DNA of 64,000 bases, from positions 3,200,001 through 3,264,000 of the forward strand of contig OX638340.1 of the NCBI GenBank assembly GCA_951812955.1, written 5' to 3'. Made by a program: the position numbers and the translations under genes. The notes below the pieces were generated by a model that saw only the letters and a program-made list of their open reading frames with translations, was not told the origin of the DNA and searched no databases. Each line of letters opens with the position of its first letter. Within the stretch, counting starts at the first letter, position 1. This DNA comes from an uncultured Gemmatimonadota bacterium (GTDB lineage: Bacteria > JAAXHH01). Shown here in pieces: positions 40,060 through 49,903 of this stretch.

Positions 40060-42834
40060 ATGCGACTGGCAGGCATTTTGCTCGCCTTGATCATGACGGC
40101 GATCCCGGCGGCGGCACAGGAGACGGGCAGTCTGGGCGGCAGGATCGTATCGGACAGCGGAGAGTTTCTCTTCGGAGCCACCGTCGTGGTCAAAAGTCCC
40201 GCGATCGATGGGTTGCGGGGCTCGACGAGCGATGACAGGGGAATGTACCGCGTAGACGGACTTCCCGCCGGGGTGTACGAGGTCTCCGTTACTTTCCTGG
40301 GTTACGAGTCGTTTACCACGACCGGGGTCATGGTTCGCGGCGGTGCGCGCACGGCAAGGGATTTCGTGCTGGCCGCTTCGGTGCTCGTGGGCCAGGAGGT
40401 CGTGGTCTCGGCCTCCCGGAAGCGTGAAAAGGCCCTGGACGCTCCGGCGTCCGTCGAAGTGATCGAAATGCGGGACATCAAGGATTCCCAGGCGCTGGCC
40501 GTCAATGAACACATCAAGGACCTCAGCGGCGTCGATTACGCGAAGACGGGCGTCGTACAGGCCAGCACCGTGATCCGGGGATTCAACAAGGCGATATCGG
40601 GTCTCCTGCTTACCATGGTGGACAACCGGATCGCGCGGATCCCGTCGTTGCGTATCAACTCCTTTCAGGTCATTCCCATCACCAGCGAGGACATCGAACG
40701 CATCGAGATCGTCCGGGGCCCGGGTTCGGCGCTTTACGGTCCCAACAGCTCAAACGGCGTGATGCACATCATTTCGCGCTCCCCATTCGGGTCGGAGGGT
40801 AACTTCGTATCCCTTTCCGGGGGAGAACGCAGCCTGCGCAAGGCCTCCTTCCGCCATGCCAGCAGCGTCAATGACAAGATCGGACTCAAGATCTCCGGCA
40901 AGTACCTGAAGGCCCGGGACTGGGAATTCCACGATCCGGAGGAAATCGTGCCGCGGGATTTCGGTATCCAAGGCCAGTACGGAGAGATCAGGCTCGACTT
41001 GCGGCCTACGGAAGAACTGACGTTCATCACATCGGCCGGGTACTCCAAAAGCAGCAGCATCCAGATGACGGGACAGGGTTCGGCACAGGGCAAAGACTGG
41101 CTGTATACACATCTCCAGGGCCGCATGCAGTACAAGGGCTGGTTCGGCCAGTTCTTCTACAACAAGAGCGATGCGGGAGAAACCAGGCTGCTTCGCACCG
41201 ATGAAAGCATCGTGGACAAGTCGTCGCTGACGGTCATGCAGTTGCAGCACACCAGGGACATCGGCCAGCGCCAGCAGTTCGTCTACGGGGTGGACCTGCT
41301 GCTCACCCGTCCCCGGACCGAGGGGACCATTCACGGCGACAACGAGGACGATGACGAGACCAATGAATTCGGGGTTTACCTGCAGAGCGAGACCAGGTTT
41401 ACCGACCAGGTGAGCCTGATGCTGGCCGGCCGCCTGGACGAGCACAACAGGCTCGATAACGTTGTATTCTCGCCCAGGGCGGCGCTGGTACTCAAGCCCA
41501 ATCCGGAAAGCACCTTCAGATTCACCTATAACCGGGCGTTCAACACGCCGACGGTGACGTCGTTCTCGCTGGACTTGAAGGCGGTCAACGATGCCTTTGG
41601 TTTCGGCGCGCTTTTCGGCGACCAGGGCCTGGGTCCCGACAACACCATCGACATCCGGTCCTACGGCGCGGCCAACGCCTTCACATTCCGCCGGGACGAA
41701 GCCGGCCTCCCCATGTACCGGTCTCCTTTCGCCACGGTTTCCGGGCTATCGAGGGATACCTTCCTGCGTCTCGATGATCCGGTCGCGACCAACATGCTGT
41801 GGGGTGCGGCAAGGGAACTGTTCGTCACTGAGATGGTCAAGCAACTGGGTGAGGACAGCGGGGGCATCGTAACGCCGGAACTGGCCGCGGAGTTCACCAA
41901 CGTGATCCCTGTGCAGCTCTCGGGACTGAGGAACAGCCTTGGGCTGCTCAGTCCTGAAACGGAAGCCTTTATTCCTCTGGACGCATCATCCGTCCAGGAC
42001 TTAGACAAGATACGCCCGACCATCACGCAGACCTTTGAGGTCGGATACAAGGGCGTGATCAAGAACAAACTGGTTCTGGCAGCCGATTTCTACCGCACGC
42101 AGATGACCGACTATACCCTGCCTCTATGGATTTTCACGCCTTCCGTGTTTCTCGACGCCGAGTCTGTCCGAACCGCACTGAGACAGGGTATCGACGACTA
42201 TCTGGCCGCCCCCGAGAACGCGCTGCTTGCCAGTCTGATCGTTCTGCTCGACCAACCGGGTCTCGGCGGCAACGGGAACGGCGACCACGGGGATGAAATC
42301 AACGGATACATCGATCAGATCGCGGACGGCGCCGCGATGATCCCCTTCGGAACCATCACGCCGGAGCAGGTCTCCGATCCCACGGCGGTGGCGTTGACTT
42401 ACCGGAATTTCGGCGACGTCACGGTCTACGGCGCCGACATGGGGTTTTCCTATTTCCCCAACAGGTCCTGGAACATCACGGGCAGCTACTCCTTCATCAA
42501 CCAGAACCTGTTCGAGAACGTGGAAAGCCTCGGCGACGTTCCCCTCAACGCGCCGAAGCACAAGTTCAGCGGAGGCGTTACGTTCCGGCCGGCCAAATGG
42601 CCCCTGACTCTGGGTGGCAAGCTCAGTTACCGGGGCCCCTTCCCCATGCTGGACGGCGTGTACGGAGGGCCGATCGACTCCTATACGCTATTCGATGTAA
42701 ACGCCGCGTACGAGTTCGCGCCCCTTACCATCAGCGTGGAAGCCAGCAACCTTTTAAACAACCAATACCGTTCCTTCATCGGCGCGCCTGAAATCGGCCG
42801 GTTGCTTTCCGCCGGCGTGGCCGTACGTTTCTGA
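40060..42834 (+). CDS. TonB-dependent outer-membrane receptor, tandem paralogue of 37056..39890
   Basis: Same architecture and collinear sequence (AQETGSLGGRI...GVYEVSVTFLGYES...DAPASVEVIE...VIRGFN...AGVAVRF). Confidence 0.8.
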   Translation: MRLAGILLALIMTAIPAAAQETGSLGGRIVSDSGEFLFGATVVVKSPAIDGLRGSTSDDRGMYRVDGLPAGVYEVSVTFLGYESFTTTGVMVRGGARTARDFVLAASVLVGQEVVVSASRKREKALDAPASVEVIEMRDIKDSQALAVNEHIKDLSGVDYAKTGVVQASTVIRGFNKAISGLLLTMVDNRIARIPSLRINSFQVIPITSEDIERIEIVRGPGSALYGPNSSNGVMHIISRSPFGSEGNFVSLSGGERSLRKASFRHASSVNDKIGLKISGKYLKARDWEFHDPEEIVPRDFGIQGQYGEIRLDLRPTEELTFITSAGYSKSSSIQMTGQGSAQGKDWLYTHLQGRMQYKGWFGQFFYNKSDAGETRLLRTDESIVDKSSLTVMQLQHTRDIGQRQQFVYGVDLLLTRPRTEGTIHGDNEDDDETNEFGVYLQSETRFTDQVSLMLAGRLDEHNRLDNVVFSPRAALVLKPNPESTFRFTYNRAFNTPTVTSFSLDLKAVNDAFGFGALFGDQGLGPDNTIDIRSYGAANAFTFRRDEAGLPMYRSPFATVSGLSRDTFLRLDDPVATNMLWGAARELFVTEMVKQLGEDSGGIVTPELAAEFTNVIPVQLSGLRNSLGLLSPETEAFIPLDASSVQDLDKIRPTITQTFEVGYKGVIKNKLVLAADFYRTQMTDYTLPLWIFTPSVFLDAESVRTALRQGIDDYLAAPENALLASLIVLLDQPGLGGNGNGDHGDEINGYIDQIADGAAMIPFGTITPEQVSDPTAVALTYRNFGDVTVYGADMGFSYFPNRSWNITGSYSFINQNLFENVESLGDVPLNAPKHKFSGGVTFRPAKWPLTLGGKLSYRGPFPMLDGVYGGPIDSYTLFDVNAAYEFAPLTISVEASNLLNNQYRSFIGAPEIGRLLSAGVAVRF

Positions 42835-42977
42835 AAGATCCCCACCGAGCGGGTTGTTAACCTTTTGAACACGGACAGCCGTTTATGACGGCGGACGCTT
42901 CCGGCGCCCGCTCTTTGCCTTTCCGCGCGGCGCGGGTACCTGCCTCGTCCATAAAATCGAAACTTTGTCCGGGGGTT

Positions 42978-43019
42978 TTTCGTGCAATCGAGTATGGACT
43001 TTCGTGCAATCGAGTATGG
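42978..43019. repeat. Tandem 22-bp direct repeat (tttcgtgcaatcgagtatgg x2), putative operator, upstream of the promoter of the large outer-membrane gene
   Basis: Two identical 20-nt cores separated by 2 nt. Confidence 0.7.
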
Positions 43020-43080
43020 GCTTGTTCCGGGCGGGCATGTTCCGGTGCGCCGAACGGTTCCCTGAAGGTCCAATATTGGC

Positions 43081-43109
43081 TTGACACCAAGTGCGGCTTC
43101 CCGTAAGAT
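43081..43109 (+). promoter_or_regulatory. Near-consensus sigma70-type promoter (TTGACA-17 nt-TAAGAT), followed by RBS AAGGAG and the ATG at 43135
   Basis: ttgacaccaagtgcggcttcccgtaagat. Confidence 0.45.
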
Positions 43110-43134
43110 GTGTCCATCTTCAAGGAGACTGAAA

Positions 43135-46100
43135 ATGCCACATAGGTTGCGGTTTATTCTGGCGTTCCTGTGCCTGCTGGCCATGCCTGCGGCAGCGTTC
43201 GCCCAGGGGGATTACTTCGGGCGGAACAAGGTCCAATACCGCGACTTCAAGTGGGAAATCATCTCCACGCCCCACTTCGAAATCTACTTCTACCAGGGAG
43301 AGGAAGAGGCGGCCTACGATGCCGCCCGGATGGCGGAACGGTCCTATAACCGTCTGAGCCGCATACTGCAGCACAGGTTTAGCGACAAGATCCCAATCAT
43401 CCTGTACGCCTCCCATACCGATTTCCAGCAGACCAACGTCCTGCCGGGCTTCATCAGCGAGGGCACCGGCGGCGTGACGGAATTCAACAAGAACCGCATA
43501 CTGCTGCCCTTCACGGGATCGTACGCGGAACTGGAGCACGTACTCACCCACGAACTCGTTCACGCCTTCCAGGGTGACGCGATCTACGGCGCCGGTCCCG
43601 GCGTCTCCATCCTGAATCCCATGGCCTTCATCGCCCCGCTGTGGTTCATGGAGGGCATGGCGGAGTACCTGTCCCTTGGCCGAATCGACGCCTATACCCA
43701 CATGTGGCTGCGCGACGCGGCGCTGCAGGGATACCTCCCAGCGTCCATCCCCGCCATGGACTACAGTTTCGGCGTCTACCGGTTCGGCCAGGCGCTCTTC
43801 GCCTACATCGGCGAACGGTACGGAGATCGCAAGATCGGCGAGATTCTCCGCAAGACCGGCCGCCTGCGAAACGTGAACGAAGCCTTCCGTTCGTCCATCG
43901 GTAAGGATATCGAGAAGCTTTCCGACGAATGGAACGAGCACGTGCGCCAGACCTACCTGCCACAGATCAAGGATTACGAAAAGCCGCAGGCCTTTGCCCG
44001 GCAACTGACCGACGTCAGGGAATCCCGGGCGGGTATACATCTCGCCCCGGCGATTTCGCCGCGTGGAGACAAGCTGGTTTTCATCTCAAATAAAAGCCTG
44101 TACAACGATATCTACCTGGCCTCCGCCATCAACGGCGAGGTGATCTCCAAGCTGGTCGAGGGCGAACGCTCGGCCGATTTCGAGTCCCTCCGGTTTTTCT
44201 CCACGTCCATTTCCTGGTCGCCCGATGAGCAGTACATCGCCTTTCCGGCCAAGGTGGGGGCGCGGGACGCCTTGTATGTCATGGACGTGAGGAAGAGGAA
44301 GGTCGTCCGGCGCATCAAGGTCGATCTCGACGGCGCCACGTCGCCGAGTTGGTCGCCCGACGGCAGCCAGCTGGTCTTCGTCGGCCTGCAGGGCGGACAG
44401 TCGGACCTGTACGTGATAGACGCCACGGGAGGGAACCTGCGCGCCCTGACCCAGGACCGGTACACCGATCGTGATCCCGTGTGGTCGCCCGACGGCAGCC
44501 AGATCGCTTTTTCCACGGACCGGGGCGACGTGACCAATTTCCGGACGCTCACTTTCGGTTATCAGCAATTGGCGGTATACGACCTGGCCACGGGGGAAGT
44601 CGATAAGATCCCCGACCAGATCGGAAAAAGCATCTCGCCTCAATGGTCCGCCGATGGCGAGAAGATCGCCTTCATATCGGACCGCACCGGTATTTCCAAT
44701 ATTTTTATTCGGGACATGAAATCAGGCGAGACCTACCAGATTACCAACATCCTCACCGGGGTGACCAACGTTACGGCCGCGGGTCCCGCCATAAGCTGGG
44801 CGCAGAAGGCTGACCGGCTGGTTTTTTCTTCCCTGTCCTGGGGCGGATTCGACCTGTTCTCCATCAGCGATCCGGTGTCGCTGATGAAAGAGCCCTACGA
44901 TCACGCAAAATCGGCGACGCCAGGCGCCTCTCCCGATGCAGCGCAACTGGCCCCTCCGCTCAGGACCGAACCTTCGGAAGAAACCGCCGACGGCGAGGAC
45001 GGCGATGGTACATCGCTGGACCCGGAAGTGGCAATCGACGGTATCGAGTCCGCGTCACCGGACTCAGACGCCGACTCCGACACGAGTCAGTCGATTTCAG
45101 CGCAGGACGACGAGAAGGTCACCGAGGAGAAGGTTACCGAGGAGAAGGATACCGAGGAGAAGGTCACCGAGGGGAAGGTTACCACGATCCAGACCGTACT
45201 TACGGAATCTCCCGATACGACGTCCACCACGAATGAAACCACACCGCGGGAGGAGCCGGAGGAGACAGGAAGTTCCGATCTTCTGCAGCAGCCGGAGTTT
45301 CCTTTCGGTCCCGTCACCAGAGGAATCGGGCCGGGTGGCGAATTGCCGGATACTACCGCATGGATCGACGGCACCTTCACGAAGAAGAAATACTCCCCCG
45401 ACTTCGGCCTCGACTATATCGGCGGGAATGCGGGTTACGCCACGAACGTCGGTCTGGTGGGAAGTTCCCTTCTTTCCTTCAGCGATATCCTGAATAACCA
45501 CAAGATTCTGGTGGGAGCCAACGTATTCGGTTCCCTGACGGACGCGAACCTGCTGCTTCAGTACACCAACCTGACTCGGCGCGTCAACTGGAGCGTGGCG
45601 GCTTTTCAGTACAGCTATGATCTGTTCTACAACTACCAGAGCCCCATCCTTACCCAGGTTACGACCCAGATCAATCGCGGCGTGCATCTCTTCGTAAGCC
45701 GGCCTTTCAGCAAGTTCAGCCGCTTGGAACTGGGTATTCAGGGGGTGCACAGGTCCCGTGAGCTGGTGGATGTGAGTTTCAATTACTTCGGCATCCGCCG
45801 GAACCGGCGCGGGAGCCTGGGCAGCGTGAATTTCGTGCAGCCCACCGCCGCCCTGGTCACCGATCACACGCTCTATGGCGTTACCGGACCGATCGCCGGC
45901 GCCCGGGGCCGCATCGAAATAACCCCGACTTTCGGCGAACTCCAGTACACGCGCGCCTTCATCGATTACCGAACGTACATCAACGTAATGCAGCGGTACG
46001 CCTTTGCCTTTCGCCTGTTCGGACTGGCCAGCGAGGGGCGCGACCAGGAACTCTTTCCCTTTGGCGGGCCCTATGATTTTCGTGGCGCCAACTACTGGTC

Positions 46101-46602
46101 CGTCTGGGGGAGCAAGGTCGCGATGGTCAACGCGGAGTTCCGTTTTCCTTTAGTCGATGTGCTGGCCATGGGGTGGCCGCTGCCGCTGGTCTTCCAACAG
46201 ATCCGGGGCTCGTTGTTCATCGACGCAGGCAGTGCTTGGGACCAGAACACAAGCGCCGTGCAGGCCAATCAGTATGCGGGCTATCCCAATGTGGGAGACT
46301 TCGTCGACGGGTCGCTGATGCGGGACAACGGGCTGGGGCCCGGCATGATGGAAGAACTGTCGGGCAGTCCGGTCGCCGTGGCCTACGGCATCGGTGCGCG
46401 GGCGCGTGTGGGTTTCCTGATACTGAAGTTTGATATAGCCCGTCAGTTCGACCTCGGTAAACGGCCCTCCTGGTACAACAACGAGAACCTTCCCACTGTG
46501 CCCAGGGGACTGGAGTCCGAGTTTCCAGGCACGCGTTCGTACCGTCTGAGGAATGCGCTGAACGATACCCAGTTCTTCTTCACGATCGGCGCCGATTTCT
46601 AG
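43135..46602 (+). CDS. Large outer-membrane fusion protein: N-terminal HExxH (zincin/peptidase-MA-like) region, PD40/TolB-like beta-propeller repeats, acidic (EEKVT)n linker, C-terminal Omp85/BamA-like beta-barrel
   Basis: Signal peptide MPHRLRFILAFLCLLAMPAAAFAQ. HELVHAF zincin motif. Repeated SPDGSQLVF / SPDGSQIAF / SADGEKIAF PD40 blades. Tandem repeat EEKVTEEKDTEEKVTEGKV. C-terminal GSLFIDAGSAWD...FFFTIGADF resembles BamA-family barrel ends. Confidence 0.55.
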   Translation: MPHRLRFILAFLCLLAMPAAAFAQGDYFGRNKVQYRDFKWEIISTPHFEIYFYQGEEEAAYDAARMAERSYNRLSRILQHRFSDKIPIILYASHTDFQQTNVLPGFISEGTGGVTEFNKNRILLPFTGSYAELEHVLTHELVHAFQGDAIYGAGPGVSILNPMAFIAPLWFMEGMAEYLSLGRIDAYTHMWLRDAALQGYLPASIPAMDYSFGVYRFGQALFAYIGERYGDRKIGEILRKTGRLRNVNEAFRSSIGKDIEKLSDEWNEHVRQTYLPQIKDYEKPQAFARQLTDVRESRAGIHLAPAISPRGDKLVFISNKSLYNDIYLASAINGEVISKLVEGERSADFESLRFFSTSISWSPDEQYIAFPAKVGARDALYVMDVRKRKVVRRIKVDLDGATSPSWSPDGSQLVFVGLQGGQSDLYVIDATGGNLRALTQDRYTDRDPVWSPDGSQIAFSTDRGDVTNFRTLTFGYQQLAVYDLATGEVDKIPDQIGKSISPQWSADGEKIAFISDRTGISNIFIRDMKSGETYQITNILTGVTNVTAAGPAISWAQKADRLVFSSLSWGGFDLFSISDPVSLMKEPYDHAKSATPGASPDAAQLAPPLRTEPSEETADGEDGDGTSLDPEVAIDGIESASPDSDADSDTSQSISAQDDEKVTEEKVTEEKDTEEKVTEGKVTTIQTVLTESPDTTSTTNETTPREEPEETGSSDLLQQPEFPFGPVTRGIGPGGELPDTTAWIDGTFTKKKYSPDFGLDYIGGNAGYATNVGLVGSSLLSFSDILNNHKILVGANVFGSLTDANLLLQYTNLTRRVNWSVAAFQYSYDLFYNYQSPILTQVTTQINRGVHLFVSRPFSKFSRLELGIQGVHRSRELVDVSFNYFGIRRNRRGSLGSVNFVQPTAALVTDHTLYGVTGPIAGARGRIEITPTFGELQYTRAFIDYRTYINVMQRYAFAFRLFGLASEGRDQELFPFGGPYDFRGANYWSVWGSKVAMVNAEFRFPLVDVLAMGWPLPLVFQQIRGSLFIDAGSAWDQNTSAVQANQYAGYPNVGDFVDGSLMRDNGLGPGMMEELSGSPVAVAYGIGARARVGFLILKFDIARQFDLGKRPSWYNNENLPTVPRGLESEFPGTRSYRLRNALNDTQFFFTIGADF

Positions 46603-46684
46603 GAAACTCCTCCAGCATCGGCCGCGGTCGGTCCATCCTTCGTTGAATCACCATTGCCCGAACGCGGAGATACGGCAGGTATAC

Positions 46685-47617
46685 ATGCATACGTCAGAAG
46701 AGATCAGAGCCTTAAGGGAGCAGCACTATAACGCCACACTTACCGAAATCCATGAACTGAATCCCGAACTCTGGATCATCCGGGTGAAACCGGACGAAGA
46801 TCTCCCGCCGTACCAACCCGGGCAGTACACCACCCTCGGTCTGGGTGACTGGGAACCCACCAACGATCCGGCCCATAACGAGGACGTAAACGAGAAACTC
46901 AAGAACAAACTCGTCCGCCGTGCCTACTCCATGTCCTTTCCCATGTATGAGGACGATCCCGGTCAATTGCTGGATCCGGCGGACATGGATTACTACGAGT
47001 TCTACATTACGCTCGTGGCCCGCGACGGCGAAGAAGGCCAGGATCCTTCTCTCACGCCCAGGCTGTGGATGCTGAAGGAGGGCGACCGGCTCTGGATGGG
47101 GCCGAAGGTGACCGGCCATTACACCCTGGAATACATAGCTCCGGACGACCAGGTCATTTTTGCGGCGACGGGCACCGGCGAGGCGCCCCACAACTGCATG
47201 ATCGCCGATCTGATGCGTAACGGCCACAAACCCGACATCATATCTTTGGTCTGCGTGCGATACGCCCGGGACCTGGGATACCAGGCCACCAACGAGCGGC
47301 TTGAGCGCCTGCATCCGAATTATTATTACATCACGCTCACTACCCGGGAAGCGCAGAACCTCAACCGCAAGGTGTATATACAAGACCTGGTAAGGACCGG
47401 GGAACTGGAGGAGCAGACCGGTATCGTCCTGGATCCGGAAAGGACCCACGTGTACATCTGTGGAAACCCGGACATGATCGGCGTGCCCAAATACACCAGG
47501 GAAGGCGACAAGTCCTATCCCTCGCCAACCGGCCTGGTCGAGCTGCTCGAATCGCGTGGATTCAAGGCGGATCATCGCAGGGACAAGGGCAACATACACT
47601 TCGAGGAATACTGGTAA
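46685..47617 (+). CDS. Ferredoxin-NADP+ reductase-type flavoprotein (plant-type FNR family)
   Basis: RRAYSMS (the RxYS FAD-binding motif), GTGEAPH (NADP-binding), and an aromatic C-terminus ...HFEEYW. Confidence 0.75.
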   Translation: MHTSEEIRALREQHYNATLTEIHELNPELWIIRVKPDEDLPPYQPGQYTTLGLGDWEPTNDPAHNEDVNEKLKNKLVRRAYSMSFPMYEDDPGQLLDPADMDYYEFYITLVARDGEEGQDPSLTPRLWMLKEGDRLWMGPKVTGHYTLEYIAPDDQVIFAATGTGEAPHNCMIADLMRNGHKPDIISLVCVRYARDLGYQATNERLERLHPNYYYITLTTREAQNLNRKVYIQDLVRTGELEEQTGIVLDPERTHVYICGNPDMIGVPKYTREGDKSYPSPTGLVELLESRGFKADHRRDKGNIHFEEYW

Positions 47618-47730
47618 TCCATGGCCCGACCGGTCGGCGGAGGGATGCGCAGATGACCCGCCTGCCGGTCCTGCCGATCGCTCCGTTCGCCCGAGCCGGT
47701 CCGCGCATTCCGTACAACGAAGAGGCCGCC

Positions 47731-48684
47731 ATGCGGAAACAGACGCCGGACTCGGATGGAAGCCCCGGGGTATCCGGCAGCACCGTCCCTGCCTGCAACG
47801 ACCTGGAAGTGCTGGTGAAGGCACGGGCATGCGTTCTGCCGCACCGGGGTGCCGCCGGGATCAACATCGATCCGGCGCCGGATGCCAACGGCCGTCCCGC
47901 GACTTTCTGCAGGAGTTTTACGGGAATCATCGAGTCCTTCGGCGGGCGCGTGGAGTCGCTCAAGCAGGGCGACCGTGTCGTTGCCTGCCATACCGAAGGC
48001 GGCCTGTCGGAATACCATAGCGTACCCGCGTACCACATCGTAAAATTGCCGAACGGCATCAGTTTTGAAGAAGGCGCCATCTCTACCCTCATGCCGACGG
48101 TACTGAACGGCGTGGAACGCGCGCAGGTGAAAGGCAGATCGGTTTTCGTCAGCGGTGCGGGAACCACCGGGTTGCTGAGCACCCAGGTCGCGCGCCTATC
48201 GGGCGCCACGACCGTAATCGTGTCGGATCTGCACGCGACGCGCCTGCAGCGGGCGCGGAGTGCCGGGGCGGACACCGTGATCAATGCCTCGACGGAAGAT
48301 GTCCACCGGCGTGTCATGGAGAGGACCGGGGGCCAGGGCGTGGACGTATGCCTTGAATGCGCTGGCAACGAGGCTTCTTTCAGCCAGTGCGCGGCGATGC
48401 TGCGGCCGATCGGAAAACTCGTCGTCCTCAAAACCGTTACACACCCGATGTCCATCGATTTGGGGGATTGGTCGGAACGATCGCTCCAACTGATCATGGG
48501 CCGCGAGCAACCGCATGAAACGCCTTACCTGGTGGAGAAGGGATTGAGGCTGGCCGGCATCGAAGCCGTCAGGCTGCGTCCCCTTCTGACCCATGTGTTC
48601 CCCGTGCATCGCATTGCCGAAGCTGTCGAACTGATCGACGGCCATCCTAACCTGGCCGTTGAAGTCGCGCTGATATGGACGTAG
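47731..48684 (+). CDS. MDR-superfamily oxidoreductase (zinc-independent alcohol dehydrogenase/quinone reductase-like)
   Basis: NDLEVLVKARACVL (GroES-like start), a GAGTTGLLSTQVARLSGA Rossmann motif, and ...CLECAG. Start uncertain (47653 or 47731). Confidence 0.6.
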   Translation: MRKQTPDSDGSPGVSGSTVPACNDLEVLVKARACVLPHRGAAGINIDPAPDANGRPATFCRSFTGIIESFGGRVESLKQGDRVVACHTEGGLSEYHSVPAYHIVKLPNGISFEEGAISTLMPTVLNGVERAQVKGRSVFVSGAGTTGLLSTQVARLSGATTVIVSDLHATRLQRARSAGADTVINASTEDVHRRVMERTGGQGVDVCLECAGNEASFSQCAAMLRPIGKLVVLKTVTHPMSIDLGDWSERSLQLIMGREQPHETPYLVEKGLRLAGIEAVRLRPLLTHVFPVHRIAEAVELIDGHPNLAVEVALIWT

Positions 48685-48795
48685 GGATCGGCCGGATACA
48701 GTGTCCTATAATGCTTGACACCCACGCCGGCGTGTTCATACTTTCAAGCCGCCGGGGAAGGGACACGAGTTCTTTCGAAAGGATATGAACGCGCT

Positions 48796-49494
48796 TTGTC
48801 ATCCGAAGTCAGTATCCTGAATCTGATTCTGGATTCGGGCACCGTCGCAAAGGTCGTCATTGTCGTCCTTCTGATCTTCTCCATCGTTTCATGGGCGATC
48901 ATGGCGGAGCGCTGGCGGTACTTTCGACGGGCCCAGGCGCAGTCTCGGCAGTTCCTCGCTTTCTTCAAGTCGCAGCGCAATTACAATCAGGTCTATACCG
49001 CCGCTTCAAAGTGGCCCTGCAGTCCCGCCGCCGTAGTGTTCCGGGCGGTGTACGAGAAGCATGCGTCGGCCTTTTCTCCCCAGGATGGAGAAGCTGACCG
49101 GTCCAGGGAGATCGACCAGGACCTGCTGGAATCCGTCTATCGCGACCTGCGTCTGGCCGCCCACCGGGAACTGGCCCGGTTCGAGAATAGACTGCCCGTA
49201 CTGGCCACTGCGGGAAGCGTGTGCCCGTTTCTCGGCCTGTTCGGAACGGTGTGGGGCGTCATGACCGCTTTTCTGGACATCAGTACCAAGGGCTCCACCA
49301 ACATCGTCGTCGTGGCGCCCGGTATCGCGGAGGCCTTGATCACGACGATCGCCGGCCTTGCCGTGGCCATTCCGGCCATGGTGGCGTACAACTACTTCGT
49401 GCAGCGATCGAGAGATCTGGGCCTGGAGCTAGAGGACCTGGCCACCGCGGTCTTGAACATCCTCCAGTTGCGGGGACGCCATGAACTCGTTTGA
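48796..49494 (+). CDS. tolQ: TolQ/ExbB-family proton channel
   Basis: SILNLILDSGTVAKVVIVVLLIFSIVSWAIM is a typical TolQ N-terminal helix; three TMs. Putative TTG start at 48796, 81 nt downstream of the 48715 ORF-track start (no in-frame ATG intervenes). Confidence 0.75.
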   Translation: MSSEVSILNLILDSGTVAKVVIVVLLIFSIVSWAIMAERWRYFRRAQAQSRQFLAFFKSQRNYNQVYTAASKWPCSPAAVVFRAVYEKHASAFSPQDGEADRSREIDQDLLESVYRDLRLAAHRELARFENRLPVLATAGSVCPFLGLFGTVWGVMTAFLDISTKGSTNIVVVAPGIAEALITTIAGLAVAIPAMVAYNYFVQRSRDLGLELEDLATAVLNILQLRGRHELV

Positions 49495-49903
49495 TTTCAA
49501 TAGCGCGGGTTCGCCCCGCGCCCTGTCTGAAATCAACGTGACGGCGCTGGTCGACGTGATGACCGTGCTACTGATCATCTTCATGATCACAACGCCGATG
49601 ATCCAGAGCGGCGTCCAGGTGGACCTGCCCAAGGCGACCGCGGCCGCGCCGGATCTGGCCGAAGGACTGGTTATCACGGTGACGAGCGAGGGTTCGCTGT
49701 ACCTGGAAGACCGGGAGCTTTCGATCAGTCAGTTCGACGGGGTGTTCCAGGCGATATTCGAGGAGCAGCAGGATAAACCGGTGTTTATCCGCGGAGACGA
49801 ACGGGTGCCCTACGGCACCGTTATTGCCGTGCTGGATAAACTCAAGGAGCACGGTGTCACCCAGATAGGACTGGCGACCAGTCTGAGACCGTCACGACAA
49901 TGA
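49481..49903 (+). CDS. tolR: TolR/ExbD-family protein
   Basis: INVTALVDVMTVLLIIFMITTPM (the ExbD TM) plus a periplasmic domain; the start overlaps the tolQ stop. Confidence 0.8.
   Translation: MNSFDFNSAGSPRALSEINVTALVDVMTVLLIIFMITTPMIQSGVQVDLPKATAAAPDLAEGLVITVTSEGSLYLEDRELSISQFDGVFQAIFEEQQDKPVFIRGDERVPYGTVIAVLDKLKEHGVTQIGLATSLRPSRQ

Noticed and set aside
47653-47730. MDR oxidoreductase start at 47653
   Set aside because: It would place the GroES-like EVLVKA strand about 50 residues in, further than typical for MDR proteins; the internal Met at 47731 fits better. This is uncertain, and the start at 47653 cannot be excluded.
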